From assembly GCF_006345805.1 (NCBI RefSeq), contig NC_042998.1:177940001-178004000 (forward strand): DNA of 64,000 bases, given 5' to 3'. The notes below the pieces were generated by a model that saw only the letters and a program-made list of their open reading frames with translations, ran no database searches and was not told where the DNA came from. The stretch comes from Octopus sinensis. Its lineage: Eukaryota. The translations under genes were made by a program, and so were the position numbers. Positions 12,156 to 25,401 of the stretch are shown piece by piece (position 1 is the stretch's first letter; each line of letters opens with the position of its first letter).

Positions 12156-13478
12156 TACATCTATAAATGTTGTTAGAGTCTATCAAATTTGTTCCCACCA
12201 TTTCATGAACCATGAATAATGAATAAAATGATGAAACATGATTAAAAGAACGGCACTAATTTTCGCTGCCTTTGTAAGTTCGATAAAGTAGTTTTGGCAT
12301 TTTAGCCTTGAAGTAGTATCATCAATTTCGAAGTCTTAGAAGTAATTGCCTATTTAAGCAATAAATTCTACATGACAAACAATTAACACAAATAGAACCT
12401 TGCGATACCGTTGTTAAGCTTCGCTATTGCAGCTCTATTAAATGTCGAATAATCTAAAGTAACTTCAGTTTAATTTTCGTACTGACGGGGGCTGTTTAAA
12501 CTGTTGGAATTATTGATACTATCAGGGTTTGTAACATGATAAAATTACATAGTAATTGAGATGTTTTGCTCAGTTGCACACACACACACGTACATATATG
12601 CATAAATGTATGAGAACAAAATACCCGCTGCTTCTGCTGTAAACAGATGTGCGAAAGTGCTATAAAGATAACAGACATACACATACATACGCGCACACAA
12701 ACACATACACACACAAACACGTATGTGTGCATTTTCATTTTGTAAGCGAAAGAAAAAGTACTCAATACCTGTAGATTATAGAGCATAGTATAGTACAGTA
12801 TAGAAAAGTATAGTATAGTACTTACTTATATGAATCTGCAGTCGCTTCCAGGCATGCTTATAGTATAAGAGGCGGTGAATATCATTATTAATGTTCGTAT
12901 TTGTGTTATTGGCTCAAAATCTTCAAGCTTTAATGTTATTAACCTGGATTTTATCAAGTACCTATTCGACTGACTCAGATATTCGTATGGGTACTAGTAC
13001 AGCAAAGATACGCACACAAATCCGGAGATCATATTTTTTTTATTCGTATGTAATATTCCCTGGTTACGTGTTTCTTGCTATATGTACGATCATAGATTTT
13101 ATTTTCATCCACCATTAAATACCTGAACTATACGTAGTTTAATACTGGAGAAAAAAAGCCTTCTCAAAATAGGCTATTGATAGAAAGACAAGCAGCTCTT
13201 ATCCATTTTACATTCAGGAGGGAGCAGTTATTTAGACCAAACTCCATTCTTTGAAAATGATATAGTTATGGATACAATGTACTGCTGGTCACCGATAAAG
13301 AACCACAACCCAAGCAGCTAGTTTATCGGCTTGACCATCTACATATACTTTTGATTACGGGTATAAACTTAAATAGACAACAGCAATGTACAATGTTGTC
13401 TACATACATACATACATACATACAAAATATCAACTTTTGGTTCTGTGATTATTTCGATATATATATATATATATACAC

Positions 13479-13528
<50 letters not shown>

Positions 13529-13531
<3 letters not shown>

Positions 13532-13850
13532 GTAAATGTAATATGTGACAATTATTCGGTAGCCATGATAAAACTCCGAGTTTCGGATGTCGGGGTGGAA
13601 ATCCATGCCGCCATCTCCTCAGTTATCCGGCATCGGAAAAAATGCTATGAAAAGATTTTTCATAGCATTTTTTCCGGTGGCGGATAATGAAGAGATGGCG
13701 GCGTGGATTTCCACCCCGACATCCGAAACTCGGAGTTTTATCATGGCTACCGAATGATTGTCACATATTACATTTACAGATAAATTCCTCTATTTACATA
13801 ATATCAAGGTCTCTTTCATTCTTTTGTAGTCTTACCATTTCTACCAATAT
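13529..13850. mobile_element. Foldback insertion (palindrome 13529-13780) of hammerhead-bearing family B, inside (TA)n
   Basis: Arms of about 125 bp are inverted around about 13654. The right arm and its continuation to about 13850 match 57150-57350. Confidence 0.88.
13567..13627 (-). ncRNA. Type I hammerhead ribozyme motif, family B
   Basis: GATAA-CTGAGGA-GATG...CATC-C-GAAA-CTCGGAG-TT-TTATC, with a perfect 5-bp stem I. Confidence 0.72.
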
Positions 13851-13853
13851 ATG

Positions 13854-13892
<39 letters not shown>

Positions 13893-13939
13893 ATATATAT
13901 ATATATATGTGTGTGTGTGTGGTGTGTGTGTGTGTGTGA

Positions 13940-14145
13940 CCGACGTTGTGTATCGTTGGCGATTTTCTTTCTCCGTCTTTCCTTCCTTGGACCTTTCCTT
14001 TTTCTATGTTTCTGACGAAAAGCTCCGCTCGAAACGTTAAATCCCCCTTTCGTTCCTTTCCTGAACGGCCAAAAACACTATACTTGTTCCATGTCCCCGC
14101 GTTATTGTGTTTTCTCTTTGTGTTTTCATGTTAGGATTAACTATA
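13940..14145 (+). mobile_element. Short PLE pLTR-like repeat related to family A, with a hammerhead at about 14008-14041
   Basis: GTTT-CTGACGA-A-AAGCTCCGCTC-GAAA-CG-TT-AAAT. Located between (TG)n and (TA)n. Confidence 0.6.
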
Positions 14146-15569
14146 TATATATATAATATATATGTTTGGTGTGTGAATGTGTGTGTGTGTATTTATATAT
14201 AAATTCGTTTTAGATGAAAAATACTATGTACTCAGGCAGTTACCACTTATGCCTGAGGATCCAAACTAGTGTTAACACAATTATTATTCCACAGCTTCTA
14301 GATCGTTACTCTCTTTTGAGTGATTCACCTCGCTAAACATGTTTCAACAATCTTTAAATTTCTTCAGTCTCTGGTTCATTTACATCTCATTACCTACATT
14401 ATCTTTAATCTCTGTGAAGTTACCTGTGTTATCTTTAATCTCTGTCAAATTCAGCATGCAAGCTGTGTCCACCCAACTGTCTTGCAATTTTCTCCACTCC
14501 ATTTTTGTTTCTTGCACTTCTCTTCGTCAAGCATCAAATACTATGTTTCTAAATGTATGAAAATTTTTATGCAGTAACATTTTTATAAATTTCAAATTCC
14601 TTTTCCGTTTAGTGTTCTAACATTAAATATTTTAAAGAAACTTTTACTCGTAGCATCATCTCTTTCTAAAAATCGAAACTGCTTAATATTCTGTGAAATA
14701 GAAGTAGTTAAACAGGATTTGAAAACAGATCAATAATATTGAATGCAAATCCGCTCAGATTTGCATTATGTTGAAAACACAACTTATTATTATTGTTTAC
14801 TTCCAAATGTAAATTTACAATTTTCTTCAAAATTTTTGTAGTGTTTTTCTATTGATCTTCTCCAACAATAAGTTTTGTTTCCAGTTTAAAAAGGTATTTC
14901 AGGGATATAGGAAGGTTTTGTTATCGAACATTTTTATTACATTAGTTGGTTAACATGTTTCTTTAGGGCACTAGTGAGGAAGTATAATATATTTTATATT
15001 TTATTATATAATCTTCTGACACAATTTAATGAAAGGAAAATGAAGAACAATGAAAGTTATAAAGCTGTACATATTGAAATAACATTACTTTTTTATTCTT
15101 TTACTCATTTTCTGGTTTTAGTCATTGAACTACGACCATGTTGTAGAAAGTATTCAGAAATGTTTTAATGGATTCCAGTGACCCCAGTACATATTTTGGT
15201 CTGGTATTCATTTTGCCGTTCGATATTTTCCTAATTGGCTGTTACTATTTTAACTCTAACTGCTCTTATTTTAATCGGCAACATTTCATTAAAAACAAGC
15301 ACACGCGGACACAGACAAAGTGCACACACACGCGCGCACGCACGCACAAAGGAAAATAACGCCGTCGTTTCAAGTAGAAAGAAGGTCGTTAAGTATTAAA
15401 GAAGGTACGAACTACAGTGGCTATGTTGTAAGAATATGAAAAATCAATCTATAATATCCTATGTTCAGCATTAAATTCTCTCATAATTTTGGACTAAAGC
15501 AATTGCCAAATCGTAATATATATATAATACTGCAATATATACTTGAGCACTTTGACTGGATAGTGAAAC

Positions 15570-16660
15570 AACAGCTAAACTAATCGGGTGTAGACGTGAT
15601 ATACCTCCACTTTGCCAAGGCCTTCGACAAGGTTGAGTACTGCATGATAGGCTGCGAAACCTTGGTATTACTGGGAAACTAACTGCATGACTTTCTGAAG
15701 GGCAGGAGTCAAACAGTTGTAGCCAATGGCGCTCACTCTGAAGAGACATCATTTCTCATCGGAGTCCCACAAGGGAACTATACTGGGACCACTACTATTT
15801 GTGGTAGCCCTCTTAGACATACCCTCCACGGTACAGTCAGCTAATCTGACCAGTTATGCTGACGCACAGAAGTATCGCAGGCAGTTAGGAACTCAGAGGG
15901 TATCATAAAACTTCAGAATGACTTGAATGAAATGGGCTAACAAAAATAACACGCGGTTCAATGCTATGAAAGTTCAGGCACTTCACTATCGGTGCAACAC
16001 CAGGCTAAAATCGGAATACACTGGACCAGAAGGTGATATGATCTCAGAGTCAGAGTTGATGCGTGACTTGGGAGTTCGCATGAACAATGATGCAACATTC
16101 CATGTGCATATTACTAAGATGGCAACACTGTGCAGGCGAGTGGCTGGCTGGATTCTGAGGACATTCAGAAGTAGGAAAAAGGAGGCCCTGCTACTTCTAT
16201 GGAGGACATTCGTCCTCAGTTGCTTGGACTACTGCTCCCAACTATGGTCCCCTGGAGAGTGTGAAACAAACTGTGGAACTCGAAGCAATTCAGCGCCAAT
16301 ACACAAAGAAGATTGACCCAATGGGCTAATCGGAGGTGGGGAGGGGAGAGGCTACAAGAGCTGAGTCTCTATTCCCTGGAGAGAAGATGAGAGAAATATG
16401 CGGTGATATATATTTGGAAGATCTTAGAGGGTTTAGCTCCCAATTTTGGAATTGACAGATATACCAATTCCCAAATACTGCAATAGTCTGAGTTTCAAGG
16501 ACACCCAATTGTTCAACATCCTGCTAGGCAACCTTAGAGATCTGCATGGTGTTGATGTGGAAGTTTTCAAGGAACGACAGCTTTCTATCTGAGATACCAA
16601 ATGAACCCATATCGCGACAGGAGATACAAAGAAGAGAAGCCTCGTCCAACTCGCTACTTC
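15570..16660 (+). mobile_element. 5'-truncated, decayed CR1/L2-group LINE RT fragment
   Basis: VDVIYLHFAKAFDKV, GVPQG/TILGPLLF, SYAD, RDLGV, LDYCSQLWSP. Frameshifts present. Confidence 0.85.
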
Positions 16661-16869
16661 ACCAAAAACTATACCGGAAATAACACCGAGTAACTACAGG
16701 TGGTACACCAGCATGATCTCAGCCTTGGGCTGTAACCAGTAAAAGATATAAGATAAAAGTTATATACATACATACGTACGTACATACATACATACATACA
16801 TACATACATACATGCGTGCGTGCGTGCGTGATTGTGTGTGTATGTGTGCGTATGTGTGTGTGTGTGTGT

Positions 16870-16917
<48 letters not shown>

Positions 16918-17489
16918 CATGTGTGTGATGCAGTTAGGGCTTGTTATAACTATTTTACTAGGCAATCATATTTGTCCCCGTTGTATATCAAAGTTATTTA
17001 AATGTCAAACAATTAATGTAACTTTATCAGAATACGCAGATGGAAGAATAAAATAAATAATGTTTGTTTAAAATGGACAAAGTGATTTCGTAGAGCAAAG
17101 CTCAGACTTTCGTAGAGAAACGTAGTTCTGGCAATTGAGGAATATAATAGTAGAAGAAAGGTATACAGAAATGTCATATCGATTACAGAACTTCCATGTC
17201 AGTGACTTTGGTTTCTGATGGCTTAATTTGTTCTCAGGTGAGAATGAAAAACAGCAGGAGAAATAATTATTCTTACAGAACTATAAATAATTATAAAGGG
17301 AATTTGTTTTCAGGCGGCACGTTTTCTTAACCTTTCGGTAAACTGCAGAGTTTCAAGGGGGATATACGAAAATATGTACCGCTTCTGATGAATTATATTC
17401 AACTATATTAAATACAACAGTAATTATACAACTGTAATGATCTTAATATAAACTGAATATTGGTTTCTCCAAGAGATACTACAGTGGGT

Positions 17490-17550
17490 CTCAGTTTCTT
17501 ATTAGTATACCAGCAGAGATCCCCGGCGTTGCTCGGGATTAAAATGGCAT
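17490..17550 (+). mobile_element. Possible non-autonomous Helitron/Helentron-like terminus
   Basis: TATACCAGCAGAGATCCCCGGCGTTGCTCGGG resembles the CCCGGCGTTGCCCGGG subterminal hairpin of such elements. Confidence 0.4.
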
Positions 17551-17555
17551 AGTTA

Positions 17556-17593
<38 letters not shown>

Positions 17594-17749
17594 TGCAGTC
17601 ATGTCGAAACAGATGATACGGGAAAGTGCAGCGTTGACGATGAAACATTTGTGGAGTAAATAATGGGCTAACTCGACTAAGCGACATATCATGCGTCCGT
17701 TTGGAATATTCCAGGCCCTAACGTGTCATGAAAAATTGTGGGTTGGGGT

Positions 17750-17960
17750 GTGTGCATGCCTTTGCTGATCTTGAGAAAGTCTCATCTCGCTTCTCTCTTC
17801 AGACTCGATCTGAGGTGCTGCAGCATGCCTTTGCTGATCTTGAGAAAGTCTCATCTTGCTTCTGTGCTGCGGCATGACTTTGCTGATCTGAAAGAAAGTC
17901 TCATCTCGCTTCTTTCTTGAGACTCCATTTGATGAGCTGCTGCATGCGTTTGCTGATGTT
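17750..17960. repeat. Irregular tandem repeat with core GCATGCCTTTGCTGATCTTGAGAAAGTCTCATCTCGCTTCT (3-4 copies)
   Basis: Copies start near 17754, 17823 and 17872, with a partial copy at 17941. Confidence 0.85.
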
Positions 17961-17964
17961 GGGA

Positions 17965-20900
17965 ATGTCTCAGCCGTTCGACATAGGCAATCAACCCCTT
18001 TAATTCTTGACAATGCACGAAGGCATGCGGAACAGATTCACTGTCCCGCGTGCACCTCGGGCATGAAGGAGGGACGCCAAAACCATGCCGTGACTGCCTC
18101 CCTCGAACTGGTAAAGCCCCTCGATAGATCAAGCAAGCCAGGGATTTCTGAAAATTATCCAGGTACCCCGCCCTGAATGTCCTACCGAAGAGACTGGTTA
18201 ATTGGTTTCGATTGTAGCCTAGAGTTTCCCCTAGGACGTCATCAGACTTAGCCACTACTAACCCGCTATAGAATTCCGCAGTGGTAGCCTCGTTGCCGGT
18301 ACTGCCTGCCCGAGAGAACAGCGTAAGTGCCTATCTGCACTACTTGTGCCAATCACCCATTCTAGGTCTCCGCGTGATCCGTGGACCCAAGTCCCGCAGG
18401 GACTCCAATTGCGGAAAGAATAACTTGACATGCGGAGACTACACCCGTTCATCATCCAGGTAAAGCCAGAGATGTCCCAACCTCAATATAAGTTTGAGCA
18501 TCATTAGCCAAGGCATCCCTAACCCACCTTTTAGCGGCTTTTGGCAGCAGATAGAGCGCCTCACAAGTGATGGTCTCCTACTCCACAAAAAGCGGAATAG
18601 AAGCCGTTCCAACCTGTTCAGCCATAAATTGGGGCAAGGCACGACGTTTAGGCGGTAGGTTATCACATATGCAATAAATGCATGTGCAACCCCCTCTAGC
18701 AAGGATAACGTCCTTCCAAACTAGATCCGGGTTAGGGCAGCCACCTTGCCTGTGACCTCGCTTCAATTTTTCTCTATCTGGAGGTCTTGACCGAACCAGA
18801 CCCCGAGCAATTTAACAGGACCCTCCGTCCAGCGATCCACGACGCTGTTGGGAGGAGTTGACTTGCCTCTCCAGGTGCTGAGCTGCAAACCAACTGATTT
18901 TTCCAGGTTAACTTTTGCACCTGCCACCGTCTCGTGTCTTCTGATGGCGTCCTCTACCAAAGGTAGCTGCCCTTCGTCCGACACGACGATGGTGACATCG
19001 TCCGCGTACGCCGTCACGCCTCTTCCGTTATACAGATCACGAGGACGGCCCCCAGCCGCCTCCAACATCTGCAGCAATGGCTCAAGAGCCTGTACGTACA
19101 GAAGCGGAGACAGGGGACAACCCTGTCGGACACGGCTTCGAGAAGAAACCGTTCACCCAGACCACGGATTCGATGTTGCTATACATAGCGCTGATCCAGC
19201 CACGAAAAGTCGGCCCCAGTCCAGCCGCCGCGAGGACAGCTCCCAGGTACCGATGGTCCACCCTATCGAATGCCTTAGACTGGTCCAAATTCACTAGTGC
19301 ACCACTCTTGCCAGGAACTTTACTAGCCCGATCTAAGGTGTAGCGTATGAGAGGAAGGTTGTCGTGTATCGTCCTTCCTGGGATGGCACAAGTTTACACC
19401 TCCCCAACCAGATCGTCCACGACAACTCTAACTCTCTTGGCTAATACCTTGGCCAAAATCTTTAACTCTGTATTTAACAGAGTTATGGGACGGAAATTAT
19501 TAATGATTTCCCCTTGCTAGAGTCTTTCCTTACTAGTGTCACAACTCCTCGGCTCACAGATTTGGGAATCCTCCCATTCTGCTGCCATTTCTTGTACACA
19601 CCAGCCAGTATTTCCCCGAACAAGTCTGGCATACATTCGTAAGGTAAACCATCAAGTCCTGGAGACTTATCCCCGGGGCACTTAGAAAGCACCTCGATCT
19701 CCGCAGCTGTGATCGGCCTATCACAGCGCTCAGCATCACATGTCGCGATTCGCGGTCCACCGACCAGGAAATCCTGTAAGGCATCCCCATGATCCAGTAA
19801 CCAGATCCTTGTCTATGTACCTTATCTATTTGCATCCTACAAGTCACTAATTTGTGATCCGTGTAGGAAACGTAGGTAAATTGTGGACAGCTAAATCTAG
19901 TTCTATCTCTAATATTAACTATAATTCTATCTATGTAAGACCGGATTGATCCGTCGTTATTACTCCAAGTTCACATTGGAAAGCTCGGATAATCCAGTCT
20001 GTATCGATCTGCCAGCCTATATCACTTAAGCAGGTCTACAAGGCGAGAGTAATTTGTCCTATTAGTCGAGCCAATGCTGTCCTTACGTGCATCGAGGACA
20101 GCATTAAAATCTTCTAACACTACAATAGTCTTTGATGTTACAAGAAAATTTTCCAGGCGCTGATAAAATTCATTTCGTTTGTAGGCGCGTAAATGCCAAT
20201 TAACCTGAAAACTTTAACACCAAATGTTAGATCCAGAACGACCAGCTCGCCTTCTGGGTCTGCAAAGATTATACGTTTCTGCAGAGTCAAGTTTTTCCGG
20301 AGCGAAACTACGACCCCTCCACGTCCTTCGGTCTGGTTAAGAGACATGACTTTCTCATAGCCATTCAGGAGGGACGAGAAGGACTGCAGCTTGTCCAACT
20401 TAGTCTCTGTAGCGACCATCACATCTATTCTATGTGACCTGAGGTCGCTGAGGAAACAAGCCTGCTTCCACTTCGAGACCAGGCCACGTACATTCAAACA
20501 GCATATCCTGAGTGTAGTCATCTCTTAAATGAAAAACGAAAAACGAAAACACGGCTTACCTTTCACAAGGTATTTGTCTGAGAGTGACCGAGTTAACCTC
20601 GCCGTACTCCTCCAGACTTGGTTCAACCGGCGGGTTAATTATTTTTTGGATTGACCCAAGCTCCGCAATGTCTCTGGGATGTACTTTTTTCATATCGTTG
20701 AAAAGAGTTCTTGTTATTTTCCCATATGTTAGTTCTCCTTCTTCATCACTCCCACCAAATATTTATTAGTGTTCTAGATCAGCACTGTCACCATTTCTGG
20801 TCTTTTTCCCAACAGTTTTGGTGGCCTGGTACAGGCCACCTTTTCTGTTGTTTCAATTTTTTCCGCTGTGGCTTTTCTGGTCACCTTTGCGATTTTGTTT

Positions 20901-22130
20901 TCCCTTTTTTGTGTTTTTTTTCAGGGGTTACAGCTTTAGGTCTTTTCTTAGAGACCACCTGGAACTCCTTCTCTTGGGCCACCGCTCCTTTACTGCTGGT
21001 GGTAGCCCTCTGGGTAATGGCCTCCATGGCCGGGGCTACCACCTCACTGATTATTTTTCCACTGGTTGTAGCCCCCTGGTTAATGGCCTCCATGGCCGGA
21101 GCTACCACCTCACTGAATACTTTTCCACTGGTGGTAGCTCTCTGGGTAATGGCCTCCTCGGCCGAGGCTACCACCTTCTCATTTTTATTCCTTATGTTGG
21201 TGGTAGCCCCCTGGGAAATGGCCTCCTTGGTCGGGGCTACCACTTTCTCGTTAGTGGAGATAACTTCCTTGTTCTTTTTTTGGGGAGGCCCACACTCGGC
21301 CCTCTGGTACCCCTTCCTTCCACACCGGAAGCACCGAGGTCTTCCCCTTCCACATGTATTATTAGGGCTGCTTCCTCTGCTATCAGTAGTCTATCTGGCA
21401 ACTCCTTCAAATCCGTGGAAGAAGCTTGCACTAAGACTTCTAACGATTGTCTCTTCCAATTCTGGAAGGGACATCTCTTCACCTGGATCACCCCCAATTT
21501 CTCCTCCCTATTGAACAGGAGCATGGCAATAACCCATGCTACCTCAACACCAGGAGGGATATTTGAAATTTTTATCCGGGACGTCCTGCGTCCTATATAT
21601 AATGGCAGCAATGCCATTTTATCGTTTTGCAAAGTCCGAGCGGAATACTCTTTAACCTTTACAGCCGATTCGAACCTCGTTTCTGTCGTTGCATATTTAT
21701 TCCCTCGGCTCAGGAAGGCAATATCCTTCATAACTGACACGAGGCACTCTTCAATGTCCTCTTCTTCGAACCATGTTACTTGCTTATTTGTTAGGCAGAA
21801 GGTTTTGTAAATGACAGTCTATTTTCCTTTTTAACAGTAGTAATTTCAGGTGGTGAGGAAAAATTTACTTTCCCCGTTACTCTCAGAAATGTTTCCGAAT
21901 AGAAGCTGAATATCAGTTTTTTTCAACGTTATGATTTCATGCTGTTGCCCAACAGCAGCGGCATAATTCATTTGTGTGGCTACTGCTTCTGCAGTTGGTG
22001 TCATACTGACACACAAATTTAATAATTTCCTCAACACCGAGGAAATAAATCCTCTACAACGAGGCTCAAAAATATAGTTTATACAAATCCTCTCCTCCTT
22101 TGATGACAATAACAATATTACAAACCGTCA
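17965..22130 (-). mobile_element. Near full-length Tx1-like (L1 clade) LINE, 3'-truncated and internally deleted
   Basis: ORF1 (about 22004 to 20556) has a YAAAV motif and a C-x2-C-x4-Y-x4-C knuckle. ORF2 starts at ATG 20521, with APE (LNVRGL, ATETKL, GRGGVVV, GIYAP, DFN, YIDRI, TDH), RT (KSPGLDG, DQSKAFDRVDH, RQGCPLSP, AYADD) and C-terminal CPRC...HAFVHC. Confidence 0.92.
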
Positions 22131-23424
22131 ATCAAATATTAACGATAACAACAGCAGAAAAACAACAATAATAATCCTGTTAGCAGGCAACAATAATTTA
22201 AAACCCACCAATATCTCTCCACAACGTTAATCAATCTCAAAAAAACAGATGGTTGGGACAACGGGGAAAAACATATCAATGTTAATTTATTTATGCATGT
22301 GGACAATTCTATGTCTGTATTATTAGACAATTTATAAAGATTTTTAAAAGAAAATTTAAAAATTTGCAAAAATCCGGTACAAATTTTTCATAGTTCAAAA
22401 CGTTGCTACTTTTTATTCAACCTGGTATAAAGCTTTATAATACTTATTTCGACAGAGAATGATAGTTTTTAACTGTTAATTTTTAATGGTGAAGGTAAAT
22501 CGACAGTAGTTTAATACTTTCATTTACTTTGTAGATTGCCGATAGGACATGAACGTAAAATACAGAGGGACGAAGCTTTCCGGTGTTCTACTGTCTTTTG
22601 ATTATTTTTCTAATATTGGTACAATCTGTGAATTCATTGCACGAGAGGTGTTATTGTCAACTGGATTAATCAAGAACATGACTGGTGTTCATATTATCGC
22701 CAATGTAAAAAATAGAGAGCAAAATCGATGTTGACGATTGATTGTTAAATTCAAAACGTAAAGGGATATAATCTAGCCTTGTATATCTCGCACTTAAAAC
22801 AACTTTTGTTATTCTGCAATCTTATAGATGATAACATGTTAAAATAATGGTAAAAAAATATATAAAAAGATTGGATATTATTTGTGCATGCAGTATATGT
22901 AATTTTAAAACAGACGAGTCAGTACCAACAATAATGTTAACACTAGCAACAGGAACGCATTATGATACGCAGTATAACGAAAAAAATATAGCTACGAACT
23001 GGAGGTAAGAATATCCGTGCTTGGAAATTTATTGTTTTCAACACGTCCAAAATAACTTACAATACGAAGTTTCACTGTTTAGAAGTATTTTCATATGTGT
23101 AATAAAAGACTTTTAGTAAGCATACTTGTTCCATTGACTACAGAATCTCCATTTTGAAATTGGATTTCGTCAGACGGAATAACTCATGGATGTTGTATTT
23201 CTTTAAATTTCAACCTATCATGTTTTTATATCTTTTATTGTTTGCCTTGCAAAATGGTGAAAAAATACGTAGGTCTTCGAAAATATTTCTTCGTTAGATT
23301 TTCGTTAATGAAATTCTTAAAAGTACTTATAAGCGTATCAAATTAGCTGAATGTATGAAGATATTCGACATTGGTACAAATTAAGTATATTTTAATAAAT
23401 TAAAAGGAAATATTTCTTAAATAA

Positions 23425-24554
23425 CACAACCCAACAGCCATTTATTTGTCAGGATTTTTTTTTACCTGATTTGAAGGTCTTTTTATATGCTGAATCCAAA
23501 AATAGAATCCGTTTCTTTTATCATCATGTCTAGATTTCAAGTTACCCAAACATCTCAATTTTCGCAATTTTTTTATAAAAACACCAATCCATGCCTTTTA
23601 TGTATGTAGGACCGTGGAACCTGGAAAAAACATTGGATGATCAAAGAATGCCCGCAGCGAACATTTGCTCCAGGGTTTTTTAAGTGGTTGAAGAGCTTTT
23701 AGTTCAACCAGAAAAATTATCCTGTCTCTGTTCCATATCAAACTTGGCATTACGAAGCAGTTTGGTAAAGGTATGGATAAAGACGGACCATGATTCTACT
23801 ATATCTGCAGTACGTTTCCCAGTCCGAGCAGAGAAAAGATAAAAGCTGGAGTATTTAATGAGACTCAAACCAGAAAATTGATAGTAAGTTCAATGAATTG
23901 CAATGAAGTAGGAGCATGGTATTCATTTGTAATTGTTGTAAATGACTTTCTGGGCAACAAAGAAGTCACCAAATATACCAAAATAGTCGACACCATGCAA
24001 GAGAACTTTCAGAAGTTGAAAACAGATATGAGCATAAAGCTGTACTATCTCCACAGTCACCTTGATAATTCCCTGAAAGTCTTAGTGACTCAAGTGACTC
24101 AAGTGACGAGCAAGGAGAATTATCAAGGTAGACGGGACTTGCATATGATGGCGGACTGTTGCTAGAACTTGGACTGTGATCTTCGTGAGATGCAGTACAT
24201 AAGAAAATTATCCAAACGTAAATCCATGGAAAATTAGGCCTAAACTACGATGTAATTTGCCTGTAGAAATTTTAAGATTCTTTTGTTAGTTTTTCAGTAG
24301 AATTTTAAGCAAACATTCTGGTTTTGAAGAAAAAAAACAATTTCTGTGTATGTTTAAATGTTATGTCTGGTTCCGTATAAGCTGTTTTATTGAAAAACAG
24401 TGAAATTCTATGGATCAAGTATCTTAAAATCTTGACGTGACGCTAATAAACGGATGTCATTTTTGGATCCTGTGTACCAAAAAAACCCCCCAAAAACACT
24501 TAGTTCAGGTCCAAATGTTTGACAACAGAGAAAGAACATTTTTGTTGGCCCGTG
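23425..24554 (+). mobile_element. Chapaev3-like (CMC) DNA transposon, internally deleted
   Basis: Termini 5'-CAC...GTG-3' with TAA/TTA flanks and long imperfect TIRs. Translation AWYSFVIVVNDFLGNK...MSIKLYYLHSHLD...YQGR...MMADC matches this transposase family as I recall it. Superfamily assignment is from memory. Confidence 0.65.
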
Positions 24555-25015
24555 TTATTTGCACTGCTATATTATGAAATATTTCTGAAATGAAAACTGA
24601 AATATGAACTAACGTAGGAGCTTCTACGTGCCAGAAACAGCACCTAAATCACCCTCAAATCAGATTTTACAGTATTAAATAAGGACACATCAGATGATGC
24701 AATCGTATATAATCCTTTAAAATGACGGATAAACACAGCTTGAACGTTTCTCACCATATTTTTGCTCGATCAGGATTGATATGGGAATGAACAATAATTG
24801 AAAATAGCAAATGTTTGATGAATAAGTCTATTTGTTTAAAATCGAACAAACAGCAGTGGTTGTTTAGCTCCAGACTAACTTTGATCAAGATCTTTGAACA
24901 AAGGCATTCTTTACATAACCATCTTGTCATATCATCAGAGTTGTGTATCCAGTATATTAGCGAATACATCCGTCCTAGGATATAGTTGATTAAATCGATT
25001 CCTAGACCAGCGACC

Positions 25016-25401
25016 GTGGAGGCGCAATGGCCCAGTGGTTAGGGCAGCGGACTCGCGGTCATAGGATCGCAGTTTCGATTCCCAGACCGGGCGTTGTGAG
25101 TATTTATTGAGCGAAAACACCTAAAGCTCCACGAGGCTCCGACAGGGGATGGTGGTGATCCTTGCTGTACTCTTTCACCACAACTTTCTCTCACTCTTAC
25201 TTCTTGTTTCTGTTGTACCTGTATTTCAAAGGGCCAGCCTTGTCACTCTCTGTGTCACGCTGAATATCCCCGAGAACTACGTTAAGGGTACACGTGTCTG
25301 TGGAGTGCTCAGCTACTTACACGTTAATTTCACGAGCAGGCTGTTCCGTTGATTCGGATCAAGCGGAACCCTCGTCGTCGTAACCGACGGAGTGCTTCCA
25401 T
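25016..25401 (+). mobile_element. Full-length tRNA-derived SINE family C with 10-bp TSD
   Basis: A box (TGGCCCAGTGG) and B box (GTTTCGATTCC). Direct repeat ACCAGCGACC at 25006-25015 and 25402-25411. Confidence 0.88.

Noticed and set aside
20523-20559. 36-nt GTAAG...polypyrimidine...AG mini-intron between Tx1 ORF1 and ORF2
   Set aside because: It is very short for a metazoan intron, and splicing would not place the apparent ORF1 frame in phase with the ORF2 ATG.
25016-25090. tRNA gene call for SINE heads (also 33.6, 43.6, 50.9, 59.2 kb)
   Set aside because: The acceptor and anticodon stems do not close, and each head continues into a repeated SINE body.
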